From: an uncultured Nitrososphaerales archaeon
Lineage (GTDB): Archaea > Thermoproteota > Nitrososphaeria > Nitrososphaerales > Nitrososphaeraceae
Assembly (NCBI GenBank): GCA_963713605.1
Contig: CAVQMO010000015.1
Span: forward strand, 32,001 to 96,000
Direction of reading: 5' to 3'
DNA: 64,000 nucleotides
Shown: positions 23,619 through 34,991 of the stretch, piece by piece
Numbering within the stretch: the stretch's first letter is position 1
Layout of the letters: every line of letters begins with the position of its first letter
The notes under the pieces: model-generated
What the model saw: the letters and a program-made list of their open reading frames with translations, nothing else
Told to the model about the DNA's origin: nothing
Database searches by the model: none
Translations under genes and position numbers: made by a program

Positions 23619-24118
23619 TATCTGACTAACTTAACACCCTTTAATGAAGCTCTGCATAATATTATCGTCGGAAGCAAATTTAGTCTATTTGTAGGATGAA
23701 ACACGATTTGTTGTAATACTATTCATGAACTTGGATTGAAAATAACCTAAATATCACTAGCGATTTTTCCTGGGTAAATTACATCGCATAGGAAATAATT
23801 TTAAATGATCAGCCAAGGATTATTGTATCTATTATAAAGATTTCGCGTGCAAAATCTAAAATTATTTAAATGATTTTAGTACAATGTTAGAATACACCTT
23901 TTCTGAAATTGTTGAGCCCCACTAAATTTTAAGTACCTCCACTTCTTAAAGAATAGGAAGTTAGTAACGGTTTGGTTGTAACAAGTGTTTATAAAATAAT
24001 TTCAAGTAAGATAATATCAATTCAGGAATTTCTTTTTTTTTAAAGTTCTATTTTCTCCCATTTTTGTATTATAGAAACCTATTTTATCTATGCCTTCAAA
24101 CAGTAAGAAGAATCGATT

Positions 24119-25522
24119 ATGGAGGTAATAAAAATACGCAGACATGTTGTTCGAATAATATCCTTTGAGGTGGTTGCTGTTGTAATCACTTGCTTAATTT
24201 TCCCGCTTTTAAAGTTCGAACCAAACATTGCATTGGCACAATCAGTTAATGACCCAAATTTGGGTGTTGAGTCATTTGTGGAAGGGTTGAGTTCACCCAC
24301 AAGCATGGCATTCTTGGATAACGAAAATACCCTAGTATTGGAAAAGGAAGGTCAGGTTCGACTAGTTTCAAATGGAGAACTTGTACCTGAACCAGTACTG
24401 CAAATACCCGTTGACGCAGATAACGAACGTGGGCTACTCGGAATAGCAGTTATGAATGGCAGCGGAACTGGTTCTGGTCTGGGTCAAAATTCAAGCGCCC
24501 AGACTGTTTTTCTGTACTACACTGAGTCAGGAGAAGGAGGTGAGTTAAGAAATAGAGTTTACAAATACAGTTGGAGTGGTCAGACGCTTGATAATCCTAC
24601 CCTATTAGTAGATCTTCCGGCAATACCTGGTCCTAACCATGATGGTGGTAAGCTCATGATAGGTCCTGACAACTACCTGTACGGAATTATAGGAGATTTA
24701 AATCATGATGGAAAACTTCAGAATTTTCCTAACGGGCCTGATCCGGATGACACTAGCATAATTTTCAGAGTAAATCCTAACGATGGAACACCTGCTCCAG
24801 ATAATCCTTTATCCACTGATCCAAATAATCCATTAAGTAAATACTATGCGTATGGAATAAGAAACAGTTTTGGACTCACATTTGATCCTGTTACAAAAAA
24901 TGTTTGGGATACTGAAAATGGCCCAGCATCAAATGATGAGATTAATCTGGTAAAGCCGGGATTTAATAGTGGATGGCAAACTATTATGGGCCCAATTTCT
25001 GCATCCGGAAGTACAGAAAATGAATTAGTCAGCTTTCCTGGATCTCATTATGCAGATCCACTTTTGACATGGTTGGACCCAGTTGCTCTAACTGATATAG
25101 AATTCTTAGAATCATCAAGCTTAGGGGAGAGCTATTCTAATAATATATTTGTGGGAGATAACAATAACGGAAATCTCTACTATTTGAGAATGAACCCCGA
25201 TAGAAGTGCCCTCGTTCTTGATAATCTACCTGATTTCGTAGTAGACAATGAGGAGGAGCAATCTTCCATAATCTTTGGCAATGGATTTGGACCTATTACT
25301 GATTTAGAAACTGGACCAGATGGATATCTCTATGTATTGTCACATGATGCTGGGATTATTTATAGAATAGTTCCTTCATCAGTACTATCTTCATCATCGG
25401 GAGCAGGAGCTGCAGAAACAGCAGTACCTGCGTCTCCAATTGATGAACAAGAACAGGAAGAACAAGATGAAGAAGAATCAGCAAGTGACGGCGATGAAAA
25501 TGGTGATGATGAAAATAATTAG
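24119..25522 (+). CDS. Secreted PQQ-dependent sugar dehydrogenase (GSDH family), acidic tail
   Basis: NERGLLG, NHDGG, YYAYGIRNSFG, DTENGP..DEIN, GPDGYLY. Confidence 0.92.
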   Translation: MEVIKIRRHVVRIISFEVVAVVITCLIFPLLKFEPNIALAQSVNDPNLGVESFVEGLSSPTSMAFLDNENTLVLEKEGQVRLVSNGELVPEPVLQIPVDADNERGLLGIAVMNGSGTGSGLGQNSSAQTVFLYYTESGEGGELRNRVYKYSWSGQTLDNPTLLVDLPAIPGPNHDGGKLMIGPDNYLYGIIGDLNHDGKLQNFPNGPDPDDTSIIFRVNPNDGTPAPDNPLSTDPNNPLSKYYAYGIRNSFGLTFDPVTKNVWDTENGPASNDEINLVKPGFNSGWQTIMGPISASGSTENELVSFPGSHYADPLLTWLDPVALTDIEFLESSSLGESYSNNIFVGDNNNGNLYYLRMNPDRSALVLDNLPDFVVDNEEEQSSIIFGNGFGPITDLETGPDGYLYVLSHDAGIIYRIVPSSVLSSSSGAGAAETAVPASPIDEQEQEEQDEEESASDGDENGDDENN

Positions 25523-26330
25523 AACGATGAGGTTAAGGTAAAGTACATGTAGGGCAATAGCGATAAGCATCCATTATTTAAAAAAATCATCAATATGAGG
25601 AATTTATGAGTGCTCAAAGTGATTCAGAAGCATTATCAATATGTGTAGTTATTATTCAATCAGAAATAAACGTAAGACAGAAGACCGATTAGCATTCGAA
25701 GGCGTGGTTCTCCTGCAAGACTACTTTGATAGGCTATATTGTAGTCCTGTGGTTTGCCCATACTATCTTATGCCTATACTTCCATCCTTGTTAAAGGGAC
25801 GGCCACCTACTACATATGACAGCATACATCATTTCTGAAGCACGCACAAGCCTTAGCTTCCACGATCCTCCAGAACGATGTCGACCTACTTTTTCGGCTA
25901 ACCGATCTTCTCTTATTAATACACATTACAAGTAAATAAACCTAATTGTCGAATAAATATACAAATATTCAAGTTAGTGTCACAATATATAATAAACAGG
26001 TTAAATCCATGAAAATTATTCAACCATTCAAATTGAGTAATTCTTAATGTTTTAGATAGATAGATAAATGGTTTGAAACTCAATTTTCTAACGTAGTCAT
26101 TTTATCTATGCAAACAAACCTCAGTAGCTATCAAACAAGTGCTTTTTGCTTATCAGAAACATTACAAATATCTAATAAAGTAAATCACTTGGAGCATTCT
26201 ATTATAGTGTGTGTTTATATCTCCGCAATTGATTAAAAATAAGACGTTCTTCTGCTAATTATTTGCATTTATTGTAATACTTTAAAGCTATTTAACAAAA
26301 TATATTATAAAGGGTGACATCACAAAAAAT

Positions 26331-26376
26331 TGTATTTGTATTTGTATTTGTATTTGTATTTGTATTTGTATTTGTA
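26331..26376. repeat. (TGTATT)7+ microsatellite
   Basis: Seven full units plus TGTA in an ORF-free AT-rich stretch. Confidence 0.95.
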
Positions 26377-26997
26377 ATAAGCAGTTAGAATCAGTTCAAT
26401 GTTTGATACCAGGTTATTTTTATCTAGAACAGAAACTATCTAATTCATGGTTTCTATTAGAGCGAATAGAATAGAAGTTTATTTACAATTCTTATGTAAT
26501 TGTCAACTGTCAACTAACAATTGAGCATAAATTCTGGTCATTTTTTAAACTGCTAACAGGCTAAATACTAGAAGACTAATTTGAAAAACACAAAATGATC
26601 CATTTAAAGGAAACGCAATAACATACAGTTATTCAACGATCATTAGGTCAGAATCTATTCAAATCGTATCATTTCTAACGATCACTAACTGTCAGGTCAG
26701 TGTGCATGCAAAACTTTTTGAACATGAAATACGATTTCTAGAATTGCTTCTAAGAAATATATTTAAATCGAGCTCTAAATCTTAAAGGCCCCAAGAATAA
26801 TGAGAAGAGTTCAGAGGACAAGAATTATCTAAATGACATTAGACTGTGAAAAATATTATAAATACTATTTCCTTACATTTTTGCATTACAGTTTGGCTGT
26901 AAAATACATATAAAATATTATGTCACTTTTACATTCTTTAATAGAAGTAATGGTTATCCTTGTATTGAATATCAATTGCAATTCGAATTAGATAAAT

Positions 26998-27960
26998 ATG
27001 AAAGACAACATCAAACCCAATGAATTAACTTCATCATGTATTGCACTTGTTACTAAATACGTTGACAATGTCAAGTCAATGAATAGCGCTTCTGCTCGCC
27101 TCTATAGAAGTAGGTTGAATAATTTTTCAGATTTCGTTTACGCCACATATGGAAAGAGAGTAGACTGGGTCATAGACGAGATGCTGAATAGTGGCAAAAA
27201 CGAAAAAATGATCCCCAGTCCATATGATATGTTATCGGCATATACAGCTCGATTTAACAGGCAGAGTTGCCGCATATACCATCAAACAGAATATAATTAC
27301 TGTGAAGAACTTCTTAGAATATTGTGATATTGAAATAAGTCCTAAAAAGTTTAAGCTTAAGGTTAAACTTCCCAAATCCGTTAAAAAGGATAAACAGCCA
27401 TTGAGCAAGGAGGATATCGTGGATATCCTTAATGCTTGTTCCAATATACGATTGAAAACTTACGTAATGCTACTTGCTGCCTACTGGAATGAGAGCCAGT
27501 GAAGCGCTATCGGTTAGACTGTGCGATTTTGATGATGATTCAAATCCTCCAAGACTGTTTATAAGGGGTGAGTATACAAAGACTAGAACAGACCGTTTTG
27601 TATTTCTTACCAACGAGATGTCTAGGCAACTCAATAGCTGGTTGGAATACAAGTATCGCACACGAAGAGTTTGTTTTTATGACGACTTCACTGGAAAATC
27701 TGTTTCGGAAAACAGAACCCCCTTAAAAACCGAAGGTGATTTGCTGTTCTCTATGGGTCGTTCTAGTAAAGGGTATCCTTCTGTTTCTATCATGTCGTTA
27801 TACCGAGGATTAATTTCTGCATTTGGTAAGACATTAGAACGCTTGGGGAGAGGACAAAAAGAAGAATCGCCTGGAGCACAACACAGAAAGATCACACTTC
27901 ATTCCCTTAGAAGATTCGTTAAAAGCACTATTTCCGATCTTGGATATTACGATTATAGTG
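26998..27960 (+). pseudogene. Tyrosine recombinase/integrase, two frameshifts, C-terminally truncated
   Basis: TGMRASEA (R), YTKT (K), LHSLRR (HxxR); the segment that should carry the second His/Trp and the catalytic Tyr is replaced by M48 sequence. Confidence 0.85.
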
Positions 27961-28077
27961 ACATCACTACTGGGATTTAGTCTATAGATACATGCCTGAC
28001 TACCGAGATAAGCTCGATTGGCTTAATACTAATGGAAGAATACTAGTTAATTACAATGACACATAGGATAATCATGA
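27961..28077 (+). repeat. M48/YgjP metallopeptidase 3' remnant; direct repeat of 37453-37569
   Basis: HHYWDLVYRYMPDYRDKLDWLNTNGRILVNYNDT*; about 14 mismatches in 117 bp by hand. Confidence 0.85.
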
Positions 28078-28081
28078 TTCT

Positions 28082-28489
28082 ATGAAATGTCTATCTTTAA
28101 GGCAACCATATGCAGAGCTTCTAGTATCTGGAAAAAAGACCATAGAATTGAGAAAATGGAATACTAACTTCAGGGGGAAATTCTTAATTCATGCCTCAAA
28201 AAATGTAAATAAAGAAAGGTGCAAATCTCTAGGCATTGATCATACTAAACTAAACACAGGAGCAATAATAGGAAGAGCAGTTTTGTATGATGTTAAAAAG
28301 TATGATAACAAAGCCCAATTTATGAGAGATAGAAACAGACACTACACGGATGCGAGTATCTTCGATTCTCGTCTGTATGGTTTCATGATAAGAAATGGAC
28401 AACGACTTAGGCAACCAATTCAATATTCAGGTAAGCTGGGGTTCTTTGAAGTTAGTGATTCTGTCTTTAAATTTCACAACGAAAAATAG
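28082..28489 (+). CDS. ASCH domain protein
   Basis: LSLRQPYAELLVSGKKTIELRKWNTNFRG..IHAS; GKLGFF. Confidence 0.92.
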   Translation: MKCLSLRQPYAELLVSGKKTIELRKWNTNFRGKFLIHASKNVNKERCKSLGIDHTKLNTGAIIGRAVLYDVKKYDNKAQFMRDRNRHYTDASIFDSRLYGFMIRNGQRLRQPIQYSGKLGFFEVSDSVFKFHNEK

Positions 28490-28589
28490 TAGAAGCATAG
28501 CCTACTTAAAATTTAACGCCGACTTAGCATCACTAGTATTAGGTACTTTATTGTACATTTTTGAGTGTGCTACACCTATTCTTATAATT

Positions 28590-28979
28590 TTATCTTGTTA
28601 GTTTCTTGACAGCTTGGAAAACGCCTGGTTCGTTATCGATTTTAGTAATACAGATTTTGATTTGATGTGGATATTTCCCGTGAACCCCCGTGTGCGCCAA
28701 ATTTCCTTCATATTCATTACATATCACATAACCATGAATGAATGCGCGTGGTGCAAAGGATCTTATTCCACCAGATCGTCGATCCCAGTGAAGCCCTTGA
28801 ATCTTCGAAAGAGGAATTTTTGCAGTTTGGCCTGCATTATTCCAAGCCCTTCGAATGACAACCACATAATCAGATTCATTTACACTTTCAATAGTCATTA
28901 GAGGTTGTATTATTAGGTCCCTTAAATAAATACTCCTATGTCTTCTAGAAGTAGAACTAAAATGAGATTGACTACTCAT
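28590..28979 (-). CDS. Hypothetical protein
   Basis: 129-aa ATG ORF with His/Cys motifs (LAHTGVHG..PH). Confidence 0.55.
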   Translation of the reverse strand: MSSQSHFSSTSRRHRSIYLRDLIIQPLMTIESVNESDYVVVIRRAWNNAGQTAKIPLSKIQGLHWDRRSGGIRSFAPRAFIHGYVICNEYEGNLAHTGVHGKYPHQIKICITKIDNEPGVFQAVKKLTR

Positions 28980-29550
28980 TACAGGGGAGCAGATTTTTCA
29001 TCAAGAAAAGTAATTTCTCATAACACTCCCAATTCAATACTTTGATAAACTTGGATTCTTTGAATATATCGATTTTACCTTCAAATGATGAAACAATGAA
29101 AAATAATTGATATATTTATCTTCTAGATGTTTCATTTTTTTTAAAAATGCTCAGACGGTAATACTTGCACAATAGAAGATAAAGAATCTATGAACAGCCT
29201 CAATTGTGCAAATATCAATCCTCAGACTCTAGGAGAGATGAACTCGGTGGATGTAAATAATCTTCAGACTTCCACAATGACCGAACAAAGCGGGGAATTG
29301 TGATATTTTCTGTATTCTTGCCTATTCTTCAACTCCAAAAGAATTTTAGAAGGGTAATAAATGAAATCTATAATCGTACAAAGAGATAATATATTCAATC
29401 TTTTTAGTGTATTTAATCATTAAAGCGTTAATTTTTACATAATAGTGATTAGTAATTATTTAATTAACATTGGATTATAGACTAAATAGGTTTTATTATT
29501 GTTGTGCTTCAAATTAAAGTATTATATTTGAGTATATTGCAAATGTTTCA

Positions 29551-29877
29551 ATGTCGTCAAAAAAGGAGTATATTAGTCCTATTACATTAGTTAACAAAAT
29601 GAGGAAACTTGATATCTTTAAGCAACCACAATACGAGGAGGAAAAGTACGATTTGAATAAATTAGAATTTACGGCCGAATTTTATAATGCAATGAATGAA
29701 ACCCTCAATAGGCTTGCGTTAGATCCAAATAATCAGCAGATAAAACTCTGGGAAGGGTTTGAATCAATATTAATGAATTTCATTGGACAAGATGTGATTC
29801 TCACCCCAAATGAACTTGAAGAAATGAAAATGATGACTATTAGCCGCCTTGTTCTGCGGAGCGAGCTACCGAATTAA
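29551..29877 (+). CDS. Hypothetical protein
   Basis: 108-aa ATG ORF after TTATATTT box. Confidence 0.55.
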   Translation: MSSKKEYISPITLVNKMRKLDIFKQPQYEEEKYDLNKLEFTAEFYNAMNETLNRLALDPNNQQIKLWEGFESILMNFIGQDVILTPNELEEMKMMTISRLVLRSELPN

Positions 29878-30059
29878 ACTATAATGATCTGAACTGAATA
29901 TATAATCCCGCACAGATCCGCCCAATTGATGTTGGCATGACCTTAGTGGTCAGGTAAATGTTGTCAGAGTGAAGTAAATTACAAGTACTTATGTAGTATT
30001 TACACGAAGCATTGATGGAGGAATTACATTTGATAACGAGATAATGACTTTAGGTGCTA

Positions 30060-30535
30060 ATACACCTAGAGCTACCCCTGCCATAGGCAGCAAATAGAAA
30101 TAATATTTTTGTAACTTGGGTTGACGGAGTACTGACGGAGGAAATATTTTTGAAGAGGGTAAGGTAATAACTACAGGAAATGCTCCGAGTTCTCCAGAAA
30201 TACGTGCTATTCAAGATAATATCTATGTAACTTGGAATGGTAGGCCTCTAAATACACTTCTGAGAATCTTCTTTACAAGAAGTATTGATGGGGGAAATAC
30301 TTTTGAAGGTGTAAGGAACATAAGCGTTAACCTTGGCTCTTCATCAAATCCATCCCTAGCTCCTCGCTTCTTCCCCGACGCAAGCAAATGTGTATGTAAC
30401 ATAGTATGATAATACGTCAGGAAATTTCGATAATCTTTCAAGAAGAGCAATGATGCCGGAGTTATCTTCGATAATGCCGAGAACCTGAGTAATAACGAAG
30501 GATCTTCAAGTGCTCCTGCGGTGGCCGCAGGCTAG
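30060..30535 (+). pseudogene. BNR/Asp-box (sialidase-like) protein remnant
   Basis: NIYVTW..IFFTRSIDGGNTF..NISVN and FKKSNDAG..AENLSNNEGSS repeats, with stops and frameshifts. Confidence 0.7.
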
Positions 30536-30675
30536 TTTTTAGTGCTGGTCAAGGTATGGTACTGGTCTGAGATACCGATCAATCAAATGCTGGGCTTAGC
30601 TCAGGCTTGAAGTCTAATCATGACATTCATAGTTATTAGGTACTAAACGAGAATTAATTACGATAATAAATAGAT

Positions 30676-30939
30676 ATGGGAAGAACCATACCCTCATTTC
30701 GTATAGCTAGCAAAATAGAATATGTAGAATGGAAGAACTTCCGAAGAGCACTCCCGAAAACTGATAGAAAGATATTTGATGATATGTTTTCTTTATCTGT
30801 TTTATACAATTCTGCATGTGTATGCTGTGCCAATCCTGTACGAATACAACCTATAATTATGGCTATTTTATTTCATCATTACAAGGAACTAGGCAAACTC
30901 AAAGCAAATGAAGAGAACAAGTCTTTTCTTTCAAGCTAG
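30676..30939 (+). CDS. Conserved small archaeal protein (MGRTIPSFR family)
   Basis: MGRTIPSFRI..WKNFRRAL..DRKIFDDMF. Confidence 0.7.
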   Translation: MGRTIPSFRIASKIEYVEWKNFRRALPKTDRKIFDDMFSLSVLYNSACVCCANPVRIQPIIMAILFHHYKELGKLKANEENKSFLSS

Positions 30940-31005
30940 AAGACTATTTATTTTGATGAAATAGAATATAGAGTCCTGGAGGTTTTCAAGAAACTGAGTA
31001 AACAT

Positions 31006-31308
31006 TCATGGACTGGAGAGTTTCCAATTATCTACTAGGTCGTCTAAATTATCCTTGCTAGCATATGAGAATAATGAATACAGAGCCTTCTTCGGTATAG
31101 AAACCTTTTCGGAAGATGCTCAGGGTATAAAAAACTCTGTTTGCGAGTTGATGATAGAGTTAATGTATGCACTAACGCTCAATCCTCTGGCCTTTGCAAA
31201 ATTGTCAACTATCCTAAAATCATTCTCGTTAACCCTTAAAGTTATGACTCTATCTTTTTTCTTAGGCAAATAGGAGCAGCTTACATCGCTTGTATACATT
31301 GTATTCAT
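31006..31308 (-). pseudogene. Ribbon-helix-helix regulator with in-frame stop
   Basis: RVITLRVNE..AKARGLSVSAYINSII; TGA at 31120-31122, frame then continues ASSEKVSIPKK. Confidence 0.55.
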
Positions 31309-31420
31309 TCTTAAGTTTTAGTTTCATTCTATTTTATAAATATGAACACGAACGTAAGTCGAGTTACATAAAAGAAAAAAAGTGAGTCGGATGTTACTTG
31401 CTGTTGCCTGTGATTCCTTA

Positions 31421-32420
31421 TTACCTTCCTATACACAGACCACTTGGATTACTTGTCTGACAACTGTTGTCCACATATTGATTTGCGTTGATGTTTGTTG
31501 GTAGTCCGTTTGCATTGTTAAGGTCAATTACATTCTCAATTAAGTTATTTGCTGATATTGTATTCTGTTTGCTCTGTCCATCTAGAAATACTCCATTCTG
31601 ACTTCCAACTACATTGTTCATTCCTACACTGGACTGTTGTGTGTTGACAAATGTTATACCTGCTAGCAAGTTGCCATTCATAAGGTTTGAGTCTATAGCA
31701 CCACCTGTACTTGAGTGAGATGCTACACCTATACTATTACCCTGTATGATGTTTTGTTTTACTTGTGCATTTTCAGCTCCTGTCATAAATGTACCTATCT
31801 GGTTGTTAGATAGTATGACAGAATTAATCGTAAATCCATTTGCTCCAGTAAGAAGTACTCCTGCTTGGAAGTTGCTGAGTGAACCAGGTCCATTTACTAC
31901 TACATTATCAACATTGGTTACCATAATCCCAACTTTAGAGCTGTCCTGTCCAGGTCCTGTGATTGAGAATCCATTCATGTTAATTACTGTGTTTGGACCA
32001 CCTACAATGATACCATCTCCACATGCAGTTAAGATTTGCAGTTAGATTTACTACTCCGCTTACCACTTGTCCACATGCTGCGTTTGTTGATGCTGCTTGT
32101 TGTGGTTGTGCTTGTTGTGCTTGAGGTTGTTGTGCTTGTTGTTGTGGTTGAGCTTGAGGTTGTGCTTGCTGCGAAGCAGTGTCATCGCCACCAACACTAT
32201 CTCCAGCATTAGGACTGATGCCCATGCCTAGTGGTGCTAATTGTGGTTGCTGTGGGAGCGTATTAACAACATTACTGTTACCACTACCAGATTATCATCA
32301 TCATCATTGTGTTTCGGTTTTGTTGCATCCGCTGGTGCAGTCAAACTACTTACCGATACTACTAATGCTGCCACGATTATTACTGCTAGTATCGTTTTGT
32401 TGTATTTCTTTGATTGATTT
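31421..32420 (-). CDS. Secreted beta-helix protein, copy 2 (frameshifted; ATG changed to ATC)
   Basis: Near-identical to 18059-19048. Confidence 0.75.
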
Positions 32421-32713
32421 ATAGTGACCTCCGATGCTGGCGAACTTGCTTCTACGGTCGGGGCAAGTGGTGGCACTAATTCAGACATATTTTCGTAGAG
32501 TTCCAGCAATTTCATGCCTTTCTCTGTAGTTCTATAGGCGTGTTTTCCTTCCTCGTATTCGATAAGTTCGTTGTCTTGCAACATTGTAAGGTATTCTCGG
32601 AGCTGAGCAAATGATAGAAATGCTTTGTACATTTTTTTTGTCTTAGTTGCTCCTCCTCCATTTGCGGCCTCTAGGATGAGGCCAACAATTTCAGTTCTAC
32701 TTCTGTATTTCAT
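32420..32713 (-). CDS. Winged-helix regulator, copy 2 (reads through into next gene as sequenced)
   Basis: About 10 substitutions in 86 aa versus 17760. Confidence 0.8.
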
Positions 32714-33273
32714 AATAGAATCAAACAGAAAATGTGAACTAGATATTTATGTGAACCTTCTGTTACTACTATTAGTTCCATTAGTATGTGTTTAATTAAA
32801 GTATTCATATATCACATCAAGTATAACTATGTGATCTTAGAAGTATCCATTTTACTAGAAGGATACATCAATATTCAGAGATTATCTTGATTACATTCAA
32901 ATACTGCAATGTTCGTTAACAATTTTACAGTTAATATCGAGGTGTTAGCACAGACATACCCGCCTGAAAACAATGTAATAATAACGTGTTTGATAAGCAG
33001 GATAAATAACCTTCACATAACAATAGTGAAAGCGAAATAGGAACCATTATGAATCAGTTCAAATAGATTCATCTTCGACAAATTAAGGTAACATATATTC
33101 ATGATACTAATGAATATTTATTTGATGAATTCAACACATTCAACGCCAGAAGGCAAGTTTATTTAAACCTTCATCGACCAAACGTTCTAAAAAATAAGAA
33201 TTTAGCGTTGTCTGACCAAGGGATTCTGCAGAAAACCCATATTTTATATTTGTGTCCAATACGCTGGACATAC

Positions 33274-33549
33274 ATGTCCAATGATAAAGAGTTGGAAGAG
33301 ATCATAATTAGCAAAGGTGAAATGGTGTACAAGGAGCTAGAGGAACGGGAAGGGCATGAAAGTACAGCAAGGGATATACCGGTAGAGTCATATGTATACG
33401 CTTACCTAAAAGCGATTGACAGTGGATATAGATATCTTATCGATACTCACCAAGATGATAAAAGAATGGGGCCAAGACTCGACAGTCTACAGAATAGGTT
33501 TAAGATTGTCATGGAAGATTTATGGTCGTATTACAATAAGAAAAAATAG
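33274..33549 (+). CDS. Hypothetical helical protein
   Basis: ATG (MSNDKELE) about 30 nt after TTTTATAT. Confidence 0.55.
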   Translation: MSNDKELEEIIISKGEMVYKELEEREGHESTARDIPVESYVYAYLKAIDSGYRYLIDTHQDDKRMGPRLDSLQNRFKIVMEDLWSYYNKKK

Positions 33550-33808
33550 TTTTGCAAGTAACGAGTAACGAAATCATGGCTCAACTATATATGTATAGTT
33601 CACAAACCAGATTACTACGACATGATAATTCTTGATGTAGAATATTAATTGCTATTATAGACCAATAGCTTTTCTAAATTCTATCAATTTAATTATAGTG
33701 ATTGATAGCAAGTTTTACACATCCACGTCTGGTCCAAATCATCTCTGTATGTACAGGCGTAGTGGTAATAATCTAGGTATATTATCACAACATCAATTGG
33801 ATGACAAA

Positions 33809-34036
33809 TTAATAATAACGATATGTGTTGTGAAATCCCTTCATATTGTTATTAAACTCTGGCAAATTCATCAGTCTTTGTTGAGAGGAATATGCATTTG
33901 CGAATAATATTGTCTTACAGAATTCGCATCGAATCATCAACTTGTCTGTTTTTGTCCATTTCACACCAGCTCCATCACGGCAGAGTGGGCAATGGACGTA
34001 ACGAAAATAACCATATTCAGAGAAGCCGTTTCTCAA
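33809..34036 (-). CDS. Small zinc-ribbon protein
   Basis: CPLC...CEFC. Confidence 0.55.
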   Translation of the reverse strand: MRNGFSEYGYFRYVHCPLCRDGAGVKWTKTDKLMIRCEFCKTILFANAYSSQQRLMNLPEFNNNMKGFHNTYRYY

Positions 34037-34052
34037 ACAATATTGCTACCTA

Positions 34053-34091
34053 TATGATTTCATTTAAGTGTTATGATTTCATTTAAGTGTT
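34053..34091. repeat. 19-bp tandem duplication TATGATTTCATTTAAGTGT x2
   Basis: Direct inspection; lies just upstream of the zinc-ribbon gene. Confidence 0.85.
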
Positions 34092-34227
34092 AAGCTGAAA
34101 AGACTACCAGAGTAGAATCTTTAGCCACTATTGTAAATAAATCGCTATATATATAGCGTCAAAGATCGGTATGCCATAGAAGAAAAAAATAATATAGATT
34201 ATGAGAAATTTAAACGGCCCTAATTGG

Positions 34228-34882
34228 TCAAGACATTATGACATAGAAAACCTTAATCAAACTTAGGTCTAAAGGGGTAATTCGGCTCAATGGATCAGTA
34301 TGATTTTCAACTTCCAATTTTTCACAGGTATACATTATCATTTCCTTTAAAAATTCTGCTGAAACCTTAAGTTTTTCCACATTCTCAATCTTTCTCATAA
34401 TACCACTGAACAAGTTTAGAACTACAGTTTTGCTCGCAGGAACGGTAGCTGATCCAATATGGATAAAACATCTACCGATTTCCTTTTCAAAATAAGGTTT
34501 CTTGCTATTCTCGGCCTCAATCTTAATTATTGGATACCTTGTTATCCTCATATAATGTATTTACAGTTACCCTTGGTGCGGGATCCACGTTAACCATAGC
34601 ATTACTTATTTCAATATTAATAGACTCTAGCTCGTCATCCGGAAATCCTTTCTTCTTGAAACCAATGAGGACTCCATGATTCTTGATTTCTTCTATTCCC
34701 AGTACCATCTGGCCAAAGGAGTTATTGGCGAATGCAGAAAGCTGTGGGGATAATTTTTTATAATCACTTTTGAAGTCGAAAGCATCAGTTTCTATATTCC
34801 TTAGTTTAATTAACTGATTTAATACGGCAATATTCCATTCTGATTTGTTTGTTGGGATATTTGTTAGAATATCATTATTCAT
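34228..34882 (-). CDS. AlbA_2 (Schlafen-like) domain protein, frameshift near 34540
   Basis: ETDAFDFKS, LSAFANNSFGQMVLGI, then IIKIEA..KPYF..CFIHIGSATVP. Confidence 0.75.
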
Positions 34883-34991
34883 TAGTTAACTGATGGACAA
34901 ATTTGACAAATAAGGGTTATAAGTTTAATATCAGTTGCGCCTTCATCTTTTAAGAAGAGGGTTAATAAATTAGTAGAGGTAGTTCACCATA

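Noticed and set aside
28553..28571. GTACATTT resembling the copper-cluster operator
   Set aside because: Half-site only, between convergent gene ends
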